Shown: positions 58,093 to 64,000 of the stretch, one piece after another
How positions within the stretch are numbered: the first letter of the stretch is position 1
Layout of the letters: each line of letters begins with the position of its first letter
IMG/VR virus record: IMGVR_UViG_3300042569_001787
Coordinates: 1 to 64,000 of that record
Reading direction: 5' to 3' (one strand)
DNA: 64,000 nt
From: a virus
Notes under the pieces: generated by a model
What the model was told of the DNA's origin: nothing
Databases searched by the model: none
What the model saw: only the letters and a program-made list of their open reading frames with translations
Made by a program: the position numbers and the translations under genes

Positions 58093-58827
58093 ATGGATAA
58101 TTTAAAAATTAATATTAATAACGAGTTGAATAAAAAATCAATTCTTGTTGAATACGATGCGGGATATATTAATCCAAATGACAATCGTAACGAAAAGTTA
58201 ATTAGAGAATCTAAAGGTAATATGTTAGACCATTCTAAACCATTTGAATTTTATGCGGTATTACAAAAATATAACACCCCAAATAGAAATGGTAGAATAT
58301 ATCCTGAACGTATTTTAAAAAGAGAAGCGGAAAACTATAAAAAAATGATAGAAAAAGGTACAGCTCTTTCAGAGTTAAATCATCCTGAATCATCATTAAT
58401 TGACTTAGATAGAGTATCTCACGCAATAAATGAAATATGGTGGGAAGGACCTATATTAATGGGTAAGATACAATTACTCACTTCACCAGGATTCCACGAA
58501 AGAGGTATTGTATCAACTAAAGGAGATTTGGCGGCTAACTACCTAAGACAAGGTGTTACCTTAGGAATTTCTTCAAGAGGGGTGGGTTCCCTTAAAAAAG
58601 TTGGTGAACAGAATGAAGTACAAGAAGATTTTGAATTAATCTGTTTTGACTTAGTATCATCACCATCAACACCTGGAGCATACTTATTCCAAAATCCTGA
58701 AGATAGATTTAACTTTGATGAGAACTTGGAAGAAGAGAAAAAAATGTCGGTAGAAAGAAATGTTGGTGAAAATGGTAACAAATCACTTGACTTAATGAGA
58801 AAATTAACCGATTATTTAGGAAATTAA
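58093..58827 (+). CDS. prohead protease (T4 gp21-like)
   Basis: NRNGRIYP, ELNHP, VSH, GISSRGVGS, DLVSSPSTPGA; start 58072 or 58093. Confidence 0.95.
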   Translation: MDNLKININNELNKKSILVEYDAGYINPNDNRNEKLIRESKGNMLDHSKPFEFYAVLQKYNTPNRNGRIYPERILKREAENYKKMIEKGTALSELNHPESSLIDLDRVSHAINEIWWEGPILMGKIQLLTSPGFHERGIVSTKGDLAANYLRQGVTLGISSRGVGSLKKVGEQNEVQEDFELICFDLVSSPSTPGAYLFQNPEDRFNFDENLEEEKKMSVERNVGENGNKSLDLMRKLTDYLGN

Positions 58828-58840
58828 AAAAATTTATAAC

Positions 58841-59050
58841 ATGGACGAAAAGTATTTTATTGCAAAAATCACAACCGATATGATTGATGAAAAATCGGGA
58901 AAACTTAAAAAATTAAGAGAAGAAAAATTAGTAAAAGGTTATAACCCTACTGATGTTGAGGCCAAAGTAACTAAAGTTTACGAAAACTACACACAGGATT
59001 GGAGATTAACGGCAATTGTTGAAAGTAAAATTGATGAGGTGATAGAATAA
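58841..59050 (+). CDS. small protein, DUF4494-like
   Basis: YFIAKI...GKLKKLREEKLV...TDVEAKV. Confidence 0.6.
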   Translation: MDEKYFIAKITTDMIDEKSGKLKKLREEKLVKGYNPTDVEAKVTKVYENYTQDWRLTAIVESKIDEVIE

Positions 59051-59074
59051 AATTTTCACATTTCGATAATAATA

Positions 59075-59109
59075 AAAAGGGGGCATTAGTCCCCTTTTTT
59101 GTTTTTTTT
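59075..59109 (+). terminator. intrinsic terminator
   Basis: AAAAGGGGGC-atta-GTCCCCTTTTT. Confidence 0.8.
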
Positions 59110-59214
59110 AAAAATGACACTATTTATAATAAATTAAAAACCAATTATTAAATTAGTTTAATTAAAACTTTTTTAACATTGGGGATATTTATATAGTAAA
59201 TTAAAAACATACAA

Positions 59215-60768
59215 ATGGCAAAAGAAAAATCTTTAGTTGAAGAAGCAATCATCCAAATGAAAAATTTAGAGGATGCAGTTGCTGAAAATGCAAAAGGAAT
59301 ACTTGCTTCAACTATGAAGCAAGAAATCAAAGAACTAGTAAAAGAGTCTCTGACTGAACAAGAAGATGAGATTGAAACAGACATTGAAATGGACGAACCT
59401 GAAATGGAAGACGATATGTCTGACGAAGAAGGGTTGGACTTGGATATGGATAATTTAGATATGGATGATGAAGATTCTATGGATGATGAAGATTCTATGG
59501 ATGACGACGAAACTATTGACCTTACTGACGTTGATGACGAGGATGAAATCTTACGTGTATTCAGCTTAATGGGTCCTGAAGATAATATCGTGGTTACCAA
59601 AGATAATTCAGGTAATATCAATCTTAAAGATTCTGAAAAAGAGTATATGATTGTCGGAGAAGGTGACGAATACCTTGATGAAACAGAAATGTTCGAAATG
59701 GATGATATGTCAGATTTTGGCATGGAAGACGAAGACGAAGACGAAGACGACATTAATAGCATCATCGATAAAGTATTTAACACTAACGAAGAAGAAGAAA
59801 TGGATTTTGGAATGAACGAACCTAAAATGGACAGTGAAGAAATTGTTTATGAAATAGAATTTGACGGAGATGAAACTGATTTTACCGGAGAGGGTAGTTA
59901 CGACGAAGAAGAAGAAATGGACAGTGAAGAAATTGTTTATGAAATTGACTTTGACGGAGACGAAATTGAATTTGACGGAGATGAATTTGAATTTAACGAA
60001 GAAGGAGACGGTGAAGAAGACATGGGTCTATACGACGATGATGAACCTGTAATGGAATCTAAAAAAATGTCAATCAAACCTAAAGGTGTCGGAATTGGAA
60101 ATCCAAATAAGAAAAAAATATATTCAAACAAACCTAACCAAGAAGGTGGTTTTAAAACTGTAAAAAGAACAGTTAATAAAACCATGGGTACTGGTAAAGC
60201 AAAATTTGAATATAAAGACGGTGAAAATCTTGACGGTGATATGAAAACTGTTAAAAAGGTTGAAACCAAAGAAGCATCAAGAACTTTAGGAAGTGGTTCT
60301 AATTTTAGAACTGGCGGTTTACCAAAACCAAGAGCTCATTCAAAATTTAACACGGCAATCCAAAAAGAAAGTATTGATAACAGAGAATTACAAGTTCTTA
60401 GAGAAAAAAATGAAGAATACAGAAAAGCACTTAACATTTTTAGAAATAAATTAAACGAAGTTGCAGTGTTCAACTCAAACTTAGCATACGCTACACGTTT
60501 GTTCACAGAACATTCAACATCAAAACAAGAAAAGATTAATATCTTAAGACGTTTTGATAGTGTTGAAACTATTAAAGAATCTAAAAACTTGTATAAGACA
60601 TTAAAAGATAACCTTTCGTCTAAGACAAATCAACCAATGAATGAGTCAATTGAAAGAACTATTCAAAGTTCTCCATCGACAGGGTCATCGGCTAATTTGA
60701 TTGAGTCTAAAACATATGAAAATCCTCAGTTCTTAAGAATGAAAGATTTAATGTCAAAATTAAAATAA
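59215..60768 (+). CDS. prohead core scaffold protein (gp22-like), highly acidic
   Basis: Between protease and MCP; D/E-rich repeats; C-terminal coiled coil. Confidence 0.8.
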   Translation: MAKEKSLVEEAIIQMKNLEDAVAENAKGILASTMKQEIKELVKESLTEQEDEIETDIEMDEPEMEDDMSDEEGLDLDMDNLDMDDEDSMDDEDSMDDDETIDLTDVDDEDEILRVFSLMGPEDNIVVTKDNSGNINLKDSEKEYMIVGEGDEYLDETEMFEMDDMSDFGMEDEDEDEDDINSIIDKVFNTNEEEEMDFGMNEPKMDSEEIVYEIEFDGDETDFTGEGSYDEEEEMDSEEIVYEIDFDGDEIEFDGDEFEFNEEGDGEEDMGLYDDDEPVMESKKMSIKPKGVGIGNPNKKKIYSNKPNQEGGFKTVKRTVNKTMGTGKAKFEYKDGENLDGDMKTVKKVETKEASRTLGSGSNFRTGGLPKPRAHSKFNTAIQKESIDNRELQVLREKNEEYRKALNIFRNKLNEVAVFNSNLAYATRLFTEHSTSKQEKINILRRFDSVETIKESKNLYKTLKDNLSSKTNQPMNESIERTIQSSPSTGSSANLIESKTYENPQFLRMKDLMSKLK

Positions 60769-60806
60769 AATAAAATAAACTAAAAAAAAAATAAAAAACC
60801 AAAAAA

Positions 60807-62657
60807 ATGGGAGCATTATTAGAATCAGGTCTTGTTGGTAACATCGGGTTAAAACACCTTAAAGTTATCAAAGAAGATACAATTAACAAATGGGATAAAT
60901 TAGGATTCCTAGAAGGCCTTAAAGGTCACCTAAAAGAAAACGTAGCTCAATTATATGAGAACCAAGCGTCTTTCTTAATTAACGAAGCAACGTCTGACGG
61001 GTCTTCAGGTTCATTTGAAACTGTTGTATTCCCTATCGTAAGACGTGTATTCTCTAAATTATTAGCGAATGACATCGTATCAGTACAAGCTATGAACTTA
61101 CCAATCGGTAAATTATTCTACTTTGTACCTAAAATTCAAGGTTATTCAGGTGGTACTAACACTCAATGGAGTGATGTATCTTCAGGAGACCACTACGCAC
61201 CACTAGGAGCACCAAACGGACCAACATCTCAAAATGCAGGTTACACAGGAGCTGGAGCGGTAAGTAAAAACCTTTATGACTTATTCTACGAAGGAACTGA
61301 ACCAGGTTTAGACCCAGCAGGTTTATTCGATTATTCAAAAGGTCGTTGGTCAGCAATCACTGCTACAACCTCAATCCAAAAATGGACTAACGGTTTATTA
61401 GTTGATGCTAATATTTCAGGTGATACTGTAGGTGATGCAACTATCCCTTCAGGTAACACAAGAAAAGTTATCGTTAAAATGTGTGGTTTTGCTGATACAG
61501 GTGCAGGTAAATTAATCGGACCTGATGGTAATGAAATGGATACAGAATCTTTCTTATCTGATTTAATTATCTTCACAGGTGCAGGTTTATCTGTTTCTGC
61601 AACAAACCCATGTCCAGTATCAACAGGAGCTTTATTGTTCAGAGTTGTTACTCAACAATATGGTAAAGGTATCGTTTCTTACGGTAGCACTACTCAAACT
61701 ACTTGGCCATCAACTGGTAACGGTGGTTCATTCAAAAATATCTGTTCTGCAGATGGATGTATCTACTTAGAAGTTGATTTATCTTGTCCAGTATGTGCTG
61801 ATTGTGATTCTACATCTTTAGATGGTTACACAGGTACTACTATTACTCAAGCGACTTCAGGAACATCATTATACGCAGCGTTTAGACGTTATGAAGAATT
61901 AGAATTTGAAGACAAAATCGGTGAGGTTTCTTTCGACTTAGATTCAGTTACTGTATCTGTTACAGAAAGAAAATTAAGAGCACAATGGTCTCCTGAGTTA
62001 GCTCAAGACGTTGCTGCATTCCACAACATCGATGCTGAAGCTGAATTAACAGCTTTATTGTCTGAACAAGTTGCGGCTGAAATTGACCGTGAAATCTTAA
62101 GAGATTTACGTAAAGGAGCTGCATGGAACTTACGTTGGGATTACAACGGATGGAGAAGAATTTCTCAAACAACATCTTATACTCAAAAAGATTGGAATCA
62201 AACATTAATTACTGCAATTAACCAATTGTCAGCACAAATCCACAAATCAACTTTGAGAGGTGGAGCTAACTGGATTGTAGTTTCTTCTGAGATTTCAGCT
62301 ATTTTTGATGATTTAGAGTACTTCCACGTATCTAACGCATCTCCTGAGCAAGACCAGTATAACATGGGTATTGAAAGAGTTGGTACTCTTGCAGGACGTT
62401 ACCAAGTTTACCGTGACCCTTACTTCCCAGCTAACACAGTGTTAGTAGGACACAAAGGAACATCATTGTTAGACACAGGTTACATCTACGCACCGTATGT
62501 ACCTCTACAATTAACACCTACAATGTACAATCCGTTCAACTTTACTCCGATAAAAGGAATAATGACAAGATACGCGAAAAAAATGGTAAATAATCGCTTT
62601 TACGGAAGAATTACTGTAGATGGTGTTAGAACATTCGATTTAAGAGAATTGAGATAA
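60807..62657 (+). CDS. major capsid protein (T4 gp23-like)
   Basis: VSVQAMNLP.G, RKLRAQWSPELAQD...H.IDAEAEL, YAPYVPL, GIMTRY. Confidence 0.97.
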   Translation: MGALLESGLVGNIGLKHLKVIKEDTINKWDKLGFLEGLKGHLKENVAQLYENQASFLINEATSDGSSGSFETVVFPIVRRVFSKLLANDIVSVQAMNLPIGKLFYFVPKIQGYSGGTNTQWSDVSSGDHYAPLGAPNGPTSQNAGYTGAGAVSKNLYDLFYEGTEPGLDPAGLFDYSKGRWSAITATTSIQKWTNGLLVDANISGDTVGDATIPSGNTRKVIVKMCGFADTGAGKLIGPDGNEMDTESFLSDLIIFTGAGLSVSATNPCPVSTGALLFRVVTQQYGKGIVSYGSTTQTTWPSTGNGGSFKNICSADGCIYLEVDLSCPVCADCDSTSLDGYTGTTITQATSGTSLYAAFRRYEELEFEDKIGEVSFDLDSVTVSVTERKLRAQWSPELAQDVAAFHNIDAEAELTALLSEQVAAEIDREILRDLRKGAAWNLRWDYNGWRRISQTTSYTQKDWNQTLITAINQLSAQIHKSTLRGGANWIVVSSEISAIFDDLEYFHVSNASPEQDQYNMGIERVGTLAGRYQVYRDPYFPANTVLVGHKGTSLLDTGYIYAPYVPLQLTPTMYNPFNFTPIKGIMTRYAKKMVNNRFYGRITVDGVRTFDLRELR

Positions 62658-62679
62658 TCAAAATCTTAAAGAATAACAC

Positions 62680-62709
62680 TAAAAGGGACAATTTATTGTC
62701 CCTTTTTTT
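62680..62709 (+). terminator. intrinsic terminator after MCP
   Basis: AAAAGGGACAA-ttta-TTGTCCCTTTTTTT. Confidence 0.85.
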
Positions 62710-62762
62710 ATGCTCCCACATTAACTATATGTTTTTTGGTCAAATAACTTATATTTATTTAT

Positions 62763-63443
62763 ATGAGAAAAATAGAATTAACCGAATTTCAAGTTAAAGA
62801 AATAATAAAGTTATACACTGAAGATTTATTAGGCTCCCCCACTATTAGTGAAAAATTAAAAATACATAAAACAATTGTTTTAAACACATTAAGAAGTAAT
62901 GGTATTATTCTTGGTCCGTCAGGTAGAAGAAATATTGGTGGTAAAAAAGTTGCTGATAAAAAATGGAGAGATTCTAATAAAGAGTATATGTCTAATAAAT
63001 CCAAAACTTGGTATGAACAAAATAAAGAACATCGTAAAGAATATCTTAAAGAATACCGAGAAAACAATGTTGATAAAATTCGTCAAATAAAACGTGATTA
63101 CGAAAGAAATCGTAAAGCGAGAGACCCCCTCTATAAACTAATCAGTAATTTCAGAACTGCTATTTACACCGTATTAAAAGAAAGTAATGTGGATAAATAC
63201 GGACATTACTTTGACATATTACAATACACTCCTGAACAACTAATATCCCATTTAGAAAATAAATTTACAGATAAGATGTCTTGGGATAATTATGGTGAAT
63301 GGCATGTTGACCATAAATTGCCTATAACTTATTTTAATATCTCTGAAATGGGAGATGAAGAGTTTATGAGATGTTGGTCCTTAGATAACCTACAACCAAT
63401 GTGGGGTATTGAAAATATTCGTAAATCAAATAAAACGGAATAA
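62763..63443 (+). CDS. free-standing HNH homing endonuclease
   Basis: MSWDNYGEWHVDHKLP...NLQPMWGIENIRKSN. Confidence 0.85.
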   Translation: MRKIELTEFQVKEIIKLYTEDLLGSPTISEKLKIHKTIVLNTLRSNGIILGPSGRRNIGGKKVADKKWRDSNKEYMSNKSKTWYEQNKEHRKEYLKEYRENNVDKIRQIKRDYERNRKARDPLYKLISNFRTAIYTVLKESNVDKYGHYFDILQYTPEQLISHLENKFTDKMSWDNYGEWHVDHKLPITYFNISEMGDEEFMRCWSLDNLQPMWGIENIRKSNKTE

Positions 63444-63563
63444 GATAAAGGATACAAGAAATTGTTTCTTTTTTTTATATTATAAAAAAATATTAATAAG
63501 TTATTTAAACACCAATTACTGTATAATTAAAAATTTTGAGATATTTATTAATAAAGAAATATT

Positions 63564-64000
63564 ATGAATAGATTTAATTTAAATACTGAAGAAAGAAATA
63601 GGATTTTAAATTTACATGAAAGTGTTAGAGAGAAAACTATTAAAAAAATTATTTCAGAGGCGGGTCCATATGAAGATGGGGAAATCCCTGTTCCTAATAC
63701 AGGAACAACTGTCCCTACTACAGGAACAACTGCGACTCCTGGTACACCCGCAGGTCCAGGTCTTTCTGGATTTAATGCTGATTCAGATGGTGATGGTTCC
63801 CCTGATTATTTACAAGCGCAAAATCCGCAAGATAAATCTGCATTAACACCTGCGACTCCTGGTAAAACAAACTACTCGGCTAGTGATATTCAAACTTATT
63901 TAAAAACTAAAGGACATAATTTGGGTACATCAGGACCAAAGAAAGATGGTGTTGATGGTAAAATAGGTCCTAAAACTATTGCTGCGATAATTGCGGCGTT
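63564..64000 (+). CDS. virion-associated protein with PG-binding domain, 3'-truncated (not in ORF track)
   Basis: MNRFNLNTEERNRILNLHES...IQTYLKTKGHNLG...GVDGKIGPKT. Confidence 0.75.
   Translation, partial: MNRFNLNTEERNRILNLHESVREKTIKKIISEAGPYEDGEIPVPNTGTTVPTTGTTATPGTPAGPGLSGFNADSDGDGSPDYLQAQNPQDKSALTPATPGKTNYSASDIQTYLKTKGHNLGTSGPKKDGVDGKIGPKTIAAIIAA

Noticed and set aside
52747-62657. Introns or inteins in terminase, portal or MCP
   Set aside because: ORFs are continuous, of expected length, with no intein motifs
2130-63846. Many antisense or alternate-frame ORFs in the track (e.g. 2130, 5498, 13348, 24564, 34999, 36776, 50831, 59148, 63616)
   Set aside because: Shadows of longer recognisable genes, tRNAs or low-complexity repeats
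1-64000. Bacterial chromosome or prophage interpretation (dnaK, clpC, ppk2, ssrA, rpsU present)
   Set aside because: These genes are isolated among phage hypotheticals and a T4-like head module; no bacterial operon context or integrase is seen
1-64000. Stop-codon reassignment as in some huge phages
   Set aside because: Conserved genes are intact in code 11 with high coding density; no suppressor tRNA seen

Overview
AT-rich (~30% GC by eye) 64-kb segment of a large, probably lytic, T4-like ('huge'/jumbo) phage that most likely infects Bacteroidota (Flavobacteria-like). Host evidence: TTTG/TAnnTTTG promoters, A-rich leaders without Shine-Dalgarno sites, signal peptides cleaved before Gln, a T9SS sorting domain and a Flavobacteria-type bS21. 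The right end holds the head module: large terminase, portal, antisense rpsU/bS21, prohead protease, acidic scaffold, gp23-type major capsid protein and an HNH endonuclease. The middle holds an RNA-rich region: 6 tRNAs, a tRNA-Gln fragment, a ~840-nt GOLLD-like RNA behind three tandem promoters and boxA, and a convergent tmRNA with an unusually long tag. Host-like auxiliary genes include DnaK, an FKBP PPIase, a ClpC lacking its N-domain, PPK2, an AsnRS-like enzyme behind an Asn-rich leader and glycosyltransferases. Many ORFs carry a recurring [IL]-x-E helical tag suggesting head-packaged cargo. The most unusual locus is 9.0-17.4 kb, an apparently co-transcribed cassette of exported proteins: a cohesin-dockerin protein with a T9SS CTD, two CsgG-like paralogs, an N/G/Q-rich beta-barrel protein and a dockerin-bearing C-type-lectin/LamG protein. 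It looks like a phage-encoded, cellulosome-style host-surface display system. All calls come from motif recognition by eye; no database searches were run.
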